A stretch of DNA of 64,000 nucleotides, taken from contig OY729428.2 of the NCBI GenBank assembly GCA_963422375.2, positions 3,072,001-3,136,000 on the forward strand, read 5' to 3'. Of this stretch, positions 9,631-20,994 are shown in pieces. This DNA is from Bryobacterales bacterium (GTDB lineage Bacteria; Acidobacteriota; Terriglobia; Bryobacterales; UBA6623). Every line of letters starts with the position of its first letter. Positions within the stretch are counted from its first letter, which is position 1. The translations under genes were made by a program, and so were the position numbers. The notes beneath the pieces are model-generated. The model searched no databases and had not been told where the DNA came from. It was given only the letters and a program-made list of their open reading frames with translations.

Positions 9631-12104
9631 ATGCTTCGAAGGGCCGCCGTCCTTGGCGTTCTCCTCGCCACGCCGTCGCTGACAGCCCAGAGCGACTCGT
9701 TCCGCTTTTTCGAGGAGAGGATCCGTCCGCTGCTCGCGACGCGCTGCCAGGCGTGCCACGGCGAGCAGGTCAAGACCAGCGGTCTCTCGCTCGCGTCCCG
9801 GGAAGCGGCGCTGCAGGGCGGTGCGAGGGGCCCGGCGGTCGTGCCGGGCAGCCCGCAAGACAGCGTCTTGCTGGCGGCCATCGAGAGGTCCGGCGCCTTG
9901 CAGATGCCTCCGACGGGCCCTCTGGAGGCGCATGAGGTGGAGGCGATCCGCCAGTGGATCCGCGACGGCGCCGCGTGGGGCGAGAGCAGCTCCGATCCCG
10001 TCGGCGCCGAGGCGCTCTGGTCGCTCCGCGCCGTAGAGCGGCCCGAGCCGCCGCCCGTGCGGGACCCGAGTCGAGCGGCCAACGCCATCGATCGATTCGT
10101 GCTGGCGCGGCTCGACGAGGCTGGCTTGAAGTCCTCGCCTGAAGCGGACCGTCGAACGCTCGTCCGCCGGGCTAGCTTGGATCTGACGGGCCTGCTCCCG
10201 ACGCCCGAGGAGGTTCGCACGTTCGCGGGCGACACGGAGCCCGGCGCGTACAGCCGGCTGGTGGAGCGCCTGCTCGAGTCGCCGCATTACGGCGAGCGCT
10301 GGGGCCGGCACTGGCTCGACATCGCGCGCTACGCCGACACGAACGGCTACTCGATCGACGGGTCGAGATCGATCTGGCGCTACCGCGACTGGGTCATCAA
10401 GGCGCTGAACGACAACATGCCGTTCGACCGGTTCGTCGTGGAGCAGGTCGCGGGCGACCTGCTGCCCGAGCCCACCGAGGACCAGCTCGTGGCGACTGGA
10501 TTCCATCGCAACACGATGATTAACCAGGAAGGCGGAATCGACTTCGAGCAGTACCGGGTCGAGGCGGTGGTCGACCGAGTCCGGACCACCGGCGCGGCCT
10601 TCCTCGGCCTGACTCTGGCGTGCGCACGGTGCCACGACCACAAATTCGACCCCATCACCCAGCGCGAGTTCTTCGGGCTGTTCGCCTTCTTCAATAACGT
10701 TGACGAGCTGGGCGGCAACCTCGAGGAGCGCGTGGGACGCTCGCGCATGATGGAGCCGCTTCTAGAGTTCGGCGAGCCGCAGGTGCTGGCCGAGCGGGAC
10801 CGGCTGAAAGAGGAGATCCGGCGACTCGAGGGCGAGCTGGACGAGCTGGCAAGTCCTTGGAGGCCGACTGGGAGGAGCGATTCGCTCCCAGCGACACCCC
10901 CGACATCGAGCGCGCCCGCGAAATCATCCGGGTTCCCGCCGCCGAGCGGTCTTCCATTCAGGACGCGGTGCTCCGCCGCGTGTTCTCGAAGCACGTCGAG
11001 GAGTTCAACGCCAAGCAGGGCGAGATTGCCAAGACCAGCAAGAGCCTGCCGAAAATCGAATGGACGATGGTCATGCGCGACCTGCCGGAGCCGAGACCGT
11101 CGTACATCCACGTCCAGGGCGATTTCACTCGGCAGGGTGACGCGGTGGAGCCGGGCACGCCGCGAGTGCTCCCTCCCCTGCCCGCCGAAGCCCCCCGCAA
11201 CAGGCTCGGGCTGGCCCGTTGGCTGGTGTCGGACGACAACCCTCTCACGCCCCGCGTCACCATGAACCGCGTCTGGCAGCGCTACTTCGGGCGCGGCCTA
11301 GTCGAGACGGAGAACGATTTCGGATCCCAAGGCTCGGCACCCAGCCACCCGCAACTGCTGGACTGGCTGGCGTCGGAATTCGTCCTCCGGGACTGGAATC
11401 TGAAGGAAATGCACCGGCTGATCCTGCATTCCGCCACCTACCGGCAGGCGTCCGCCTACCGCGCCGACACGGCAGAGGTCGATCCGAGCAACCGCCTGCT
11501 GGCCCGCCAGAACCGCGTCCGGCTCGAGGCGGAGGTGATCCGAGACGTCGCCCTGTCGGCCTCCGGCCTGCTCTCACCGGTCATCGGCGGCCCGAGCGTG
11601 TACCCGCCGCAGCCCGCAGGCGCGGGCCAGTTCACCCAAGTGGACCGGAACTGGAAGGCCGACGAGGGGCCGGACCGCTTCCGACGCGGCATGTACACCT
11701 ATTTCAGCCGCTCGGCCGCGCATCCAGGCCTGGTGCTGTTCGACGCGCCCATCGCGCAGGAGAGCGTGACCCGTCGCAACCGCTCCAACACCCCGCTGCA
11801 GGCGCTGACGCTGCTGAACGACGAGTCGCAGTCCGAGTTCGCCGCCGGCTTGGCCCAGCGCGTGCGCGCCCAGGCCAGCGACCGGGACGCACGGATCCGG
11901 CACCTGTTCGAGGTTTGCCTGGCGAGACCCCCGCGAGCGCCCGAGAGAGAGCGGCTGGCCGCGTTCCTCGGGAGGATGGCGGACGAGTTCGAGACCGACG
12001 CGGGCGCCCGGGAGGCTCTGGGCGCGGAGACTTCCGAGGGCGCGGCTTGGATGGCTGCCGCGCGCGTGATGATCAATCTGGACGAGTTCGTGACCCGCCA
12101 GTAG
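9631..12104 (+). CDS. Planctomycete cytochrome c + DUF1549 (PSCyt2) + DUF1553 (PSD1) protein, frameshift near 10850
   Basis: FFEERIRPLLATRCQACH, YGERWGRHWLDIARYAD, CARCHDHKFDP, then in the shifted frame PSHPQLLDWLA, RLEAEVIRD, NTPLQAL. One base is missing at ctggcaagtcc (expected LAKSLEAD). Confidence 0.88.
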
Positions 12105-12123
12105 AGCCGCCCAGGAGGCAACC

Positions 12124-13560
12124 GTGAACCTCAAGCGCACCATGCTGGCCCAGCGCACTAGGCGCCAGCTCTTCGAGGACTGCGGGGTGGGCGTGGGAAA
12201 GGTCGCGCTCACCTCGCTCTTCGTCGGAGACTCGCTGTACGGTGCTTCGTCCGGCGGGGCCCGCGGGACCCATCACCAGCCGCGGGCCAAGAGCGTCATC
12301 TACCTCTTCATGGCTGGCGCTCCCAGCCAGTTCGAGCTGTTCGAGCCCAAGGAGGAACTGCAGAAGCTCAGCGGCCAGACCTTGCCGCCGTCGCTGCTCG
12401 AAGGCAAGCGCTTCGCCTTCATGGAGTCGTTCGTCAGGAAGCCGCCGAAGCTCCTGGGCACGCGCCGCAAGTTCGCGCGTCACGGGGAATCGGGCCGGTG
12501 GGTCTCGGAGTGCCTTCCCCATACGGCTCAGATCGTGGACGACGTCACGTTCGTGCGGTCCGTCCACACGGAGAACTTCAACCACGCGCCGGCCAAGATC
12601 TTCATGAATACCGGGACGCCGTTCTTCGGCCGCCCGAGCATGGGAGCCTGGGTGAGCTACGGCATCGGCAGCGAGGCCAAGGACATGCCGAACTTCGTCG
12701 TCCTGCAGTCCGGGCCACGCGGCCCGCGCGGGGGGGCGATGAACTGGACCAGCGGATTCCTGCCGACGGCGCACCAAGGCATCCCGTTTCTGAGCGGCGG
12801 GGCGCCGATTCTGAACATGAGCAGCCCGCCGGGCTACGAAAGCGGCCGCCAAGCCGCTACGGTAGACGCGATCCTCGATCTGAACCGGATGAACATGGAA
12901 ATGGCCGGTGATCCGGAGATCTCAACCCGCATCGCGGCCTACGAGATGGCGCACAGCATGCAAACGAGCGGGCCCGAGCTGATCGATTTCTCGACGGAGA
13001 GCCAGTCCACTCTGGATCTGTACGGCGCCAAGCAAGGCGAGAAGTCATTCGCGAACAACTGCCTGCTGGCTCGGCGGCTAGTCGAGCGCGGGGTGAGGTT
13101 CGTGCAGCTCTACCACTCGAGCTGGGACCACCACGGAGGCCCGGGCGAGACACTCGACAAGGACCTGGACGAGGTATGCCTGTCGGCGGACCAGGCATGC
13201 AAGGCGCTGATCATGGATCTGAAGCAGCGCGGGATGCTCGAGGACACGCTGGTGGTCTGGGGCGGGGAGTTCGGCCGCACCCCGATGGGGGAGGTCCGGG
13301 ACACCGTGGGCAGGAACCACCACATCGACGCGTTCACGATGTGGTTCGCGGGCGGCGGCACCAAGCCGGGGCAGAACATCGGCGAGACCGACGAGATCGG
13401 CTTCTCGACCGTTAAGGATCCGGTCCACGTCCACGACATCCAAGCCACGATCCTGCACCTGCTGGGCATCGACCACACGAAGCTGACATTCCGGTTCCGG
13501 GGGCGGGACTTCCGGCTGACGGACGTGGGCGGCAACGTCATAGACAAGCTGCTGGCCTAG
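12124..13560 (+). CDS. DUF1501 domain protein (Tat signal, sulfatase-like)
   Basis: [57 protein letters not shown]. Confidence 0.92.
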   Translation: MNLKRTMLAQRTRRQLFEDCGVGVGKVALTSLFVGDSLYGASSGGARGTHHQPRAKSVIYLFMAGAPSQFELFEPKEELQKLSGQTLPPSLLEGKRFAFMESFVRKPPKLLGTRRKFARHGESGRWVSECLPHTAQIVDDVTFVRSVHTENFNHAPAKIFMNTGTPFFGRPSMGAWVSYGIGSEAKDMPNFVVLQSGPRGPRGGAMNWTSGFLPTAHQGIPFLSGGAPILNMSSPPGYESGRQAATVDAILDLNRMNMEMAGDPEISTRIAAYEMAHSMQTSGPELIDFSTESQSTLDLYGAKQGEKSFANNCLLARRLVERGVRFVQLYHSSWDHHGGPGETLDKDLDEVCLSADQACKALIMDLKQRGMLEDTLVVWGGEFGRTPMGEVRDTVGRNHHIDAFTMWFAGGGTKPGQNIGETDEIGFSTVKDPVHVHDIQATILHLLGIDHTKLTFRFRGRDFRLTDVGGNVIDKLLA

Positions 13561-14034
13561 CGTTCCGTTCCGGCCCCGCTTAGCGACGAGCCACTCTCGG
13601 GCGGCGACGGGGAGGTCCGCTGCCCGGAAGACCGCCCCTCAATGGACCGAAGGAGCGTCGCAATCCCTCTAGCGGTCTCGGCGGATGTGCCTCATTGGTC
13701 CACGGGGCCAGCCGCGGGGGATTCCGCTTGCGGCTGGTACCGAAGCACTCGAGCGCATCCTAGCGACTCCGTGCTGTCGTGATCGCAAGCGCGTAGACAG
13801 GCCACGAGTGGATTCGACTGGTCGCGAAGACGACGGTCGAACGCTTCCCTGCGGCCATCACCCCCAACTGGATAAATGACAGCCATGCAAGCGGCAATTT
13901 AATCAGCTCTTGGAAGAATTGGATTGGAGCGATTCAATTGGGATTGAAGCAGAGTGTGACATGCCAGTGGATTTCATCAGGGATCCATTCCAACAAGAAG
14001 AGTAACAGGAAGATGCAGCTCCTGCGCTTAATAA

Positions 14035-15581
14035 GGGAATTATATATCTGAGTGCCGACGACGCCAGGTCCGACTAGAACTGCTGTGAGCAGGGAGGTCG
14101 GTGTCGAGCTGGGGTCATTCGAGTGCGGCCGCGGCAGGCACGGAGGGGTGGGATCGTATCTGAATCGAGCCTGCCAGCGGATTGGACGAGGAACGGACTA
14201 GAGAGGCCGCCTCGCATGCCCCGGTGGAACCCGGTGGAACCCGGTTGGCGGTGGAAGGGCACCCCTTGCAAGCCGATTGCAGGCCATCCGAGGGCCGAAG
14301 ACAGCGGATCCCCGGCGCTCGACGGCCTGCATGGACGGTCCGGGCCGGACTGGAGTCGCACCGGGGCATGCCGGATCCGGTGCGCCCCTCGTACCGAGCG
14401 TGCAGCGCACCGAGCGCACCGAGCGTGCAGAGCGCCCCCGCAGCGGGCTGCCGCGCTCAGCTCGGCGGGCGCCGCTCGGGCCGCGACCGCGGCCTTGCCG
14501 GTCAGCTGCCGGTAGGTCAGCGTCCGGCCGGCCAGGCCCCGCGCCATGCGCCGCATCTGTTCCGCCGTTGTTCCGCCGTGTCGCAGTCGCGGTCGTTGCA
14601 CCGTCCCGCGAACTCCGTCAGGTAGCGGCCGAGATGACGGACGCTCATCCGGTGATAGGTGCCGTACAGGCCGCGCTTGAACAGGGACCCAAACGACTCG
14701 ATGCCGTTCGTATGCGCCGCCCCGCGCACGTGCTCGCCGCCGGAGTGCCTGACGGCTTCGTGCGCGAACTCCGCCATGCCGGCGTAGGCCGCCGCCTCGT
14801 CGGAGCGGACCTGCGCGCCCGGCGCGACCCGGCCGCGCACGAAGCCCTGCAGGTCGCCCTTGGCGGTGCCCGGCAGCGGCCGCGCGGCCACTTCGTTCGT
14901 GGCGCGGTCCCGCGCCCCCGCCACGGGCGTCTTGCCGACGGACCCGCGCCCGGCACGGGCCTTCTTCCTCTCGTGCTTGTTGCGTTCCTTGCCGCCGACG
15001 TAGGTCTCGTCCACCTCCACCGGGCCGGCGAACAGGCCCTGATCGCGCTCCCGGCACGCGCGGATGCGGTGCGCCAGGTGCCAGGCCGACTTCCGGCTGA
15101 TGCCCGGGTCGCGGTGCAGCTGCATGCTCGAGACGCCCTTGATGCCGGTGGTCAGCAGGAACAGGGCGACGGCCCGGGTGCGATAGCCGAGCTCGGTGTC
15201 GGCCGTCACGCTGCCGGTGCGCACGGAAAAGCGCCTGCCGCAGCCGCGGCAACGGTACGGCATCGAAGGGTGGGCAGCGCCGGACTGCACGCTGGAGCCG
15301 CGGCAGTGGGGGCATACCGGACCGTCGGGCCAGCGCATGGAGGCGAACCACTTTTCCGCGGATTCGTCATCGCGGAACATGGCGATCACTTCAATCAGAG
15401 TGATGCCTTTACGAAACCACTTCCCGGGGCCTTTCTGCTTCATAGACGACCTCATATATTGGAACTATTCTATCAATATACTCCACCGACTGTCAACAGA
15501 TCTCCGGAAGAAATATGAAATTAATTTATGGACTGATAATTTGCAAAATCGGTTGCCTAGGCACTCAGATATATAATTCCC
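14035..15581 (-). mobile_element. IS1595 family (ISNwi1-group) element, copy 1
   Basis: TIRs GGGAATTATATATCTGAGTGC (14035) and GCACTCAGATATATAATTCCC (ends 15581). No matching TSD. Confidence 0.92.
14517..15443 (-). pseudogene. IS1595 transposase, C-terminal frameshift
   Basis: CPHC..CRGC zinc ribbon, VEVDETY, SDE, HTNGIES. An 11-bp duplication at 14558-14579 shifts the tail. Confidence 0.88.
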
Positions 15582-15754
15582 TTTACGAAACCACTTTCCG
15601 GGGCCTTTTCTCTTCATTTACGGTATCCTATACTGAAACTATGCTGCCAAGACACACCACAGAATGTCAACGGAGATCTGGAAGAAATATGAAATTTGTT
15701 ATGGATTGATAAGTTGCTGACTTGGTTCCCTCCGAACTCAGATATATAATTCCC
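15582..15754 (-). mobile_element. Orphan 5' end of the same IS1595 (TIR, promoter and first ~12 transposase codons)
   Basis: Ends in ACTCAGATATATAATTCCC at 15754 and encodes MKRKGPGKWFRK, cut exactly at the copy 1 TIR. Confidence 0.85.
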
Positions 15755-15897
15755 AAAAAAGCCCACCGAGCTGTTCGAAAAGAAATGCACATGCACCACC
15801 ACAATGCCCGTGCGACCGAACGTTGAAGAGTATAGCACAACGGATAAGGAGGAACGCAATGGCCGGGAATTCGCCAGCGCACATTACAATTACGAAA

Positions 15898-16931
15898 GGG
15901 GATTATCTTGAATAGTGTCCGCAGTCCGTTTGCAAGCGTGGACCGGTTGCGCGAATCCTGCTGCCAGGCGCTGGCTGGCAGCGCCAGAAGGAAGCCGCCA
16001 TGCGGCCCGCAGACGTTCGACGTCCATGCCTCCCATGCAGCGCAGTGGCAGCGCAGTGCTGGTCGCGGCAGCGGTCTCCGGTTGCACAGCGACGCTGCGC
16101 GCACAGACGCACTCCTGCGGCAGGGGGACGTTCCCGGTCGGAGTCGCAGTCTCTCCGGGAGTGTACCGGGCGGCACACGTTCCTGTTACCGGGAGCGGCT
16201 GTCCGGGGTCGGCGGAACCCCCGACGCAGTCATTGCCAACGGCATCCAGGGCGGGTCCGCCCTTGTTGCAAGCGCCTCGACCGACCCTTCCGGGAACGGG
16301 ACGGGTCCGCAGGACCGCGGAGGAAGCCGGGAGCAGACTGGCAGCGCGGGCCGCTTCCGAGCCGTGCGTCTACCCGTGCCGGGACAGGGCGGTCTGCGAC
16401 CGGACTGCAGGATCTGACGAGCTGGCGTCCCGCTGCCTGGAAGCCCAGGCCAGCCACTCCCCGTTCACCGCTAGCCCGCCTGTCCAGCTGGCGATCGCTG
16501 ACGCCTCCCGCGCAGGCTCTTGCACGGGTCCCGCTAGCTGGAGTCGATCGAGAGAACGCTGTCACGGGGACAGCGCCTGCGAGCGAGAAGACGCTCCGCT
16601 GCGCTATCCGTCCGAGATCACGCAGGCAATCCTGAACCGCCACCGCGAGCGGAACCCGCGTTGAGGGCAGGACCTCCGGCCGGAGTGGCGGGTCGACCGT
16701 TAACGGCGCGGTCGCTTCGGCTTGCAGCATGCGACCTTGACCGTCCGGGTGATGGCCTGCAGCGCCTCTTCGAACGTTGCGTCCGCTCGCAGGTCCTCTT
16801 CCTCCGGCTCCTCGCGGGTCGGCTGGCAGCCGGGGTCGATCAGCCTGACGGTCGGCGGTTCGGATTGCTGGACCGGTTGCATGCTCGTGCATCGCGGGAA
16901 CGGAATTTGGGCACTATTCGATATAATGGCT
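15898..16931 (-). mobile_element. Probable ancient, heavily degraded ISNwi1-like IS1595 relic
   Basis: Imperfect inverted repeats GGGGATTATCTTGAATAGTGTCC (15898) vs reverse complement AGCCATTATATCGAATAGTGCCC (16931), 17/23 identical. Faint transposase-like peptides inside (GGVSDRQLDRR; GMDVERLR..LPSGA). Confidence 0.45.
16700..16882 (-). CDS. Small IS-associated hypothetical protein (YQPSKAELE-like family, degenerate)
   Basis: MQPVQQSEPPTVRLIDPGCQPTREEPEEEDLRADATFEEALQAITRTVKV aligns by eye with the protein at 22560-22769. Confidence 0.55.
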   Translation of the reverse strand: MQPVQQSEPPTVRLIDPGCQPTREEPEEEDLRADATFEEALQAITRTVKVACCKPKRPRR

Positions 16932-16935
16932 GGCC

Positions 16936-19900
16936 ATGGGCGGCCCGGTTCGCATGAATCGAGCAATGTATCGGAAAGAGACGCCCGTCAGAACTAGGAT
17001 CTCGCTCCTGATCCTGCTGGCAGCGGCCGGCCCGCTGTTCCTCGCTGCCCAGACGCAGCCGGTCACCCGTACGTCGTTCGAGTCGTCCGAGGGCACGTTC
17101 ACGACCAGATCCGTTGCGGAGAACTCCTTTGCCGGCGTCAATGTCGGGAGCCCGGTTTCCGCCGTTGGCAGCGGTTCGCTGGCCTACACGCTGAGCGGCA
17201 CCGATGCCGGCAGTTTCTCGATCGTTGCAGGCACCGGCCAGATCCGCACGAAAGACGGCGTGACCTATGACTACGAGACCAAGAACCGGTACTCCGTGAC
17301 GGTCGGCGTGGAAGACGGCAGCGGCAACACGGACACCATCGCCGTGGCCATCGAGATCGAGGACCTGGGACCCTCCTGCATGGCTCCGCCGGACTTCCGA
17401 ACCATTACGGGAGACAGAAGCGTCACCGTCCGCTGGACTCCGCTGGAAGACACCGAGGGCAATGCGCGTGTCTGGGGCTACCAGGTCGAGATGCGGCGGG
17501 GGTCGAACGGAATTTGGGGAACCCCTAGGACCCTGCTGGGCCGCGAGGTGACGGGAACGGTGTACACCGGCCTGCTGAATGCCATCCCGCACCAGTTCCG
17601 GATCCGGCCTCTGCAGGCCGAGAGCGACTGCGAATGGCGGGAATCGGAGATCGTCAGCCCCCAGGTTGCGCAGCGAGCGCCCCGGGATCCCGAGGAGCAC
17701 TTCCGGAGAGTCGGTCGCCGGCCTGTCGGCACGCCCGAGAGGAACTACCGGTTCCTGAGCCCGGAACGGTGCCGCCACACCGCCGGAAGCTCGACGCTGG
17801 ACGCCACCTGCCGGTATGCGAACACGGGCCCGCGTTCCGGGACGATCACTCTGGAGTTCGATGATCCGTCCCAGCCGGGCTGCGAGGTCTCGCTGGCCTA
17901 CTCGTCGCTGACAGCAGGATCGTTCCGTGACGAGTGCTTCGGCGCCGGCGTCCGTGTCGCGGTCGACTTCGACACCTCCTTCCGCCTGCCGCCGATGCCG
18001 GAAGCGGAGGAGCAGGAGATCCCGAGAGCGCCACGCTCGCAGGAGGAATTCGAGGTGCTGGCATGGGGCCGGGACGATCTCGTGCCGGGTCTCGGGTTCA
18101 GCTGCCCGCCAGGCATCCCGGATTGCGAGTTCGTCCCGGGCAAGGCGTACAGGATCGAGCGCGATCCGGACGCGCGCACGATCACCTACGCCGCAGGATC
18201 CTACTTCTACGAGAGAACCGGTCCGGCTCGAGGCGTTCTGACGTTCAAGGGAAGGGACGGCAAGACATTCGTCTTCACCCTGGATGTCCAGCCCTCCGGG
18301 AGGATGCAGATGACGGTCGCCGACCCGGACGGGAACTCGCCGGGATGGCCGGGCATGCCGGACACATTGCTGCAGGGAAGCTCGCTGCCGGTTCTCCTGC
18401 CTATCCCGCCGTCCTGGTCGGCAGCCATGGAAGTCGAGTCGGACATAGCTCCCGAGGACTTCGCGGAACTGGAACTGCGCATACCCGAGAATCCGGACAA
18501 TCCAAGTTCCCGAGTCCAAAGCCTCCTGCTCGGCGACACCTGGGACAGGGCCTTCATGGGCGGCTCGTTGGCTTTCGCCCACGACTACAGCTACAGGAAG
18601 ATCGGACGGAACCGTGCAACCCTGACAATCACATGGGAGCTCACTCGCGAACTTGCTGACGGAACCTCCCCCACCCCGCTGCAACAGTCCCTGCTCGGGA
18701 CCGGGTGGGTCTTTGACATCCGCTTCGGCACGGAGGATTCAGCCACTTTCGAGCTCACCATCACGCGGGAGGAGGGGGGGCCGATTACTCTCCGCAGGTT
18801 CCTCGACCTGAAGGCCGGAAGCAGCAGCACCGACACCTTCCCGGACGAGCTGACGCTTCCGGACGAGCCTCCCCAAGAATCCGGCCAGGACAGCACCGGG
18901 GTGCAGATCGCGCCCGTGACCACGCCTGCAGGGATCTGGCAGAACGACATCCAGACCTTCCTTGTCCACAATGCCGGTCCGCAGACTGCAAGCTACGCAC
19001 CCGGAGACTGGCTGGAGCCCAAGGACGGCGGCAACCAGAGGATGATGGTGGTGGCATCCGGCCAGCCTGCCACCGCCGGGCCGACAGCCCGGGCACGGCC
19101 TTCCAAGCTGCGGGAACCTGCCATGCCTGCAAGATTGGGCAGCCTCGCCGGACTGCTTCCCTACCGGCCACCGGATTCGCCGCCGCCACCGCAGCAGTCG
19201 ATGAATCCCGCCCTCACTCAGATATCCGTCGTCTGCATGCAGCGGGAACGGGATGTGCCGCCACGCGGCGCCCGGTACTTCTCGCAGCCGAAAACAGCCG
19301 AGGGAGAGGTGCAGCTGTGCCAGAAGAACTGCGCGACGGCAGGTGGCGATGCCATCCAGCGATGCGTCTGGGACTGCGAGACGAATCCATCCGGCGAAAC
19401 GTACACACCTACACCCGTCTGGACTGTGCGTGTGGGGCAGGTCCGGATGTACGATTGGACCTTGAGCGGCTGTATGGCTCGCAAATGGAACGAGAGCTCG
19501 AAATGGCAGAGGAGGGACGACGAAGGCAGCCCCTGGACCGACATTCCCGGCACGGAACGGACCGGCAGTGTCTGCTCGTACTCGCCTACCGAGACCGGTC
19601 AATACCGGGCGGTAGGGGTCCTGACTATCGACGGCAATAGAGACAGGTACGCCTCCAATAACATCCTGACCGTGGAGGGATCGCCGGAAAAGCCGAGTTT
19701 CGGCACTGCCACAGTGAGCAATCAGACCGGAACTTTTTTTAATCTGTTTCTGCCGGAAGCGAGCGGGGGCGACGGGACGCTGTCCTACAGTCTCTCTCCC
19801 AGCGTGCCCGGATTGGAGTTCGACTCCTCCACGCGCCTCCGCCACCTATTCGGCAGGCCGGAGGCAGCCGGCACGTACAGCATGACGTACACAGCCCGCG

Positions 19901-20994
19901 ACGTCGACGGGGACATTGCCACCCTCAACTTCATCCTGACTGTGATGCCCACTACTGTGATGCCCACTGTCGATCTGGTCGTAAGCGGGACTTCGGTCAG
20001 CAGTACCCATCTGGTTTCAGGGCAGTCCTTCGACTTTACAGCCAGGCCTAGCAACCGCGGAACCGCCGCGGCCGCCGCCACGACCCTGCGCTTCTACCTC
20101 TCGACCGACTACCCGGTCTCGACCGATGGCACCCCTGTCGGCACGGCCGCGGTGGGCGCGCTGTCCCCTTCTGGCAGTATCGTCCAGACGATGACTCTGA
20201 CAGCTCCAACGACTGGAGGAACCTACCACTACGTCGCCTGCGTCGACACGGTGTCCGGGGAATCCGATACTAGCAACAACTGCTCCAGTTCTAGCCAAAT
20301 CGTAGTCGAGGCCCTTAGGTCAGACTTGGTGGTCGAGTCTCCCTCCGTGAGCAACAGCAGTCCGACGACAGGTAGCTCCTTCCGGGTCGAGGTCACTGTT
20401 CGTAACCGCGGAGCCGGCGCGGCCGCCGCCACGACCCTGCGCTTCTACCGCTCGACCGACCGCACGATCTCGACCGACGACACCCATGTCGGCACGGCCG
20501 CGGTGGGCGCGCTGTCCCCTTCTGGCAGTATCGTCCAGACGATGACTCTGACAGCTCCAACGACTGGAGGAACCTACTACTACGGCACCTGCGTCGACAC
20601 AGTGTCCGGGGAATCCGATACCAGCAACAACTGCTCCAGTTCTGTAGCGGTGTTCGGTGGAGGACCGTTCCCCCCATATGATCTCGCTATAACGAGAACC
20701 GAACTCCATGCCCCATCTATCGTTCGTCTAGATGAATCTCCAATATATATGACGGTCGTCGTGACCAACAACGGTCCGAACGCTTCACGACCTGCAATGC
20801 TGAGGTTTTCGGGAGGAGCCGAACGCGATATACCCGTATTGCAGCCAAATGAAACAAAGACATATTATAGAAAATGGGTAGGTCGCGCGTCGTGGGGAAT
20901 AACCACATATCAAGCTTGCATAGTAGAGACTCCGGCCGACACGAAAACTAGCAATAACTGTTCTTCTCGATCTGTAACGTATATTCCGCAATAA
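16936..20994 (+). CDS. Large secreted modular surface protein (cadherin-like, FN3, unknown beta domains, putative Ig, CARDB-like repeats)
   Basis: Signal peptide; RSVAENS..VGSPVSA..YDYETKNRYSVTV (cadherin); VTVRW..GYQV..YTGLLN..FRIR (FN3); LPEASGGDGTLSYSL..GLEFD (He_PIG-like); DLVV..NRG..TLRFY.STD..GESDTSNNC twice (CARDB-like). True start may be ATG 16966. Confidence 0.85.
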   Translation: MGGPVRMNRAMYRKETPVRTRISLLILLAAAGPLFLAAQTQPVTRTSFESSEGTFTTRSVAENSFAGVNVGSPVSAVGSGSLAYTLSGTDAGSFSIVAGTGQIRTKDGVTYDYETKNRYSVTVGVEDGSGNTDTIAVAIEIEDLGPSCMAPPDFRTITGDRSVTVRWTPLEDTEGNARVWGYQVEMRRGSNGIWGTPRTLLGREVTGTVYTGLLNAIPHQFRIRPLQAESDCEWRESEIVSPQVAQRAPRDPEEHFRRVGRRPVGTPERNYRFLSPERCRHTAGSSTLDATCRYANTGPRSGTITLEFDDPSQPGCEVSLAYSSLTAGSFRDECFGAGVRVAVDFDTSFRLPPMPEAEEQEIPRAPRSQEEFEVLAWGRDDLVPGLGFSCPPGIPDCEFVPGKAYRIERDPDARTITYAAGSYFYERTGPARGVLTFKGRDGKTFVFTLDVQPSGRMQMTVADPDGNSPGWPGMPDTLLQGSSLPVLLPIPPSWSAAMEVESDIAPEDFAELELRIPENPDNPSSRVQSLLLGDTWDRAFMGGSLAFAHDYSYRKIGRNRATLTITWELTRELADGTSPTPLQQSLLGTGWVFDIRFGTEDSATFELTITREEGGPITLRRFLDLKAGSSSTDTFPDELTLPDEPPQESGQDSTGVQIAPVTTPAGIWQNDIQTFLVHNAGPQTASYAPGDWLEPKDGGNQRMMVVASGQPATAGPTARARPSKLREPAMPARLGSLAGLLPYRPPDSPPPPQQSMNPALTQISVVCMQRERDVPPRGARYFSQPKTAEGEVQLCQKNCATAGGDAIQRCVWDCETNPSGETYTPTPVWTVRVGQVRMYDWTLSGCMARKWNESSKWQRRDDEGSPWTDIPGTERTGSVCSYSPTETGQYRAVGVLTIDGNRDRYASNNILTVEGSPEKPSFGTATVSNQTGTFFNLFLPEASGGDGTLSYSLSPSVPGLEFDSSTRLRHLFGRPEAAGTYSMTYTARDVDGDIATLNFILTVMPTTVMPTVDLVVSGTSVSSTHLVSGQSFDFTARPSNRGTAAAAATTLRFYLSTDYPVSTDGTPVGTAAVGALSPSGSIVQTMTLTAPTTGGTYHYVACVDTVSGESDTSNNCSSSSQIVVEALRSDLVVESPSVSNSSPTTGSSFRVEVTVRNRGAGAAAATTLRFYRSTDRTISTDDTHVGTAAVGALSPSGSIVQTMTLTAPTTGGTYYYGTCVDTVSGESDTSNNCSSSVAVFGGGPFPPYDLAITRTELHAPSIVRLDESPIYMTVVVTNNGPNASRPAMLRFSGGAERDIPVLQPNETKTYYRKWVGRASWGITTYQACIVETPADTKTSNNCSSRSVTYIPQ
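20053..20643 (+). repeat. Near-identical intragenic duplication (20053-20292 vs 20404-20643, period 351 bp) encoding two CARDB-like domains
   Basis: Direct comparison shows long identical stretches, e.g. GCGCTGTCCCCTTCTGGCAGTATCGTCCAGACGATGACTCTGACAGCTCCAACGACTGGAGGAACCTAC. Confidence 0.9.

Noticed and set aside
14074..15518. Long alternative-frame ORFs over the IS copies (413-426 aa) and similar Arg/Pro/Gly-rich ORFs elsewhere
   Set aside because: They are shadow ORFs of GC-rich coding DNA with no motifs, and their frames vary with indels between copies.
20053..20643. Near-identical repeat pair as a DGR template/variable region
   Set aside because: Both copies are in-frame domains of one gene, the differences are not adenine-specific, and no reverse transcriptase is in the window.
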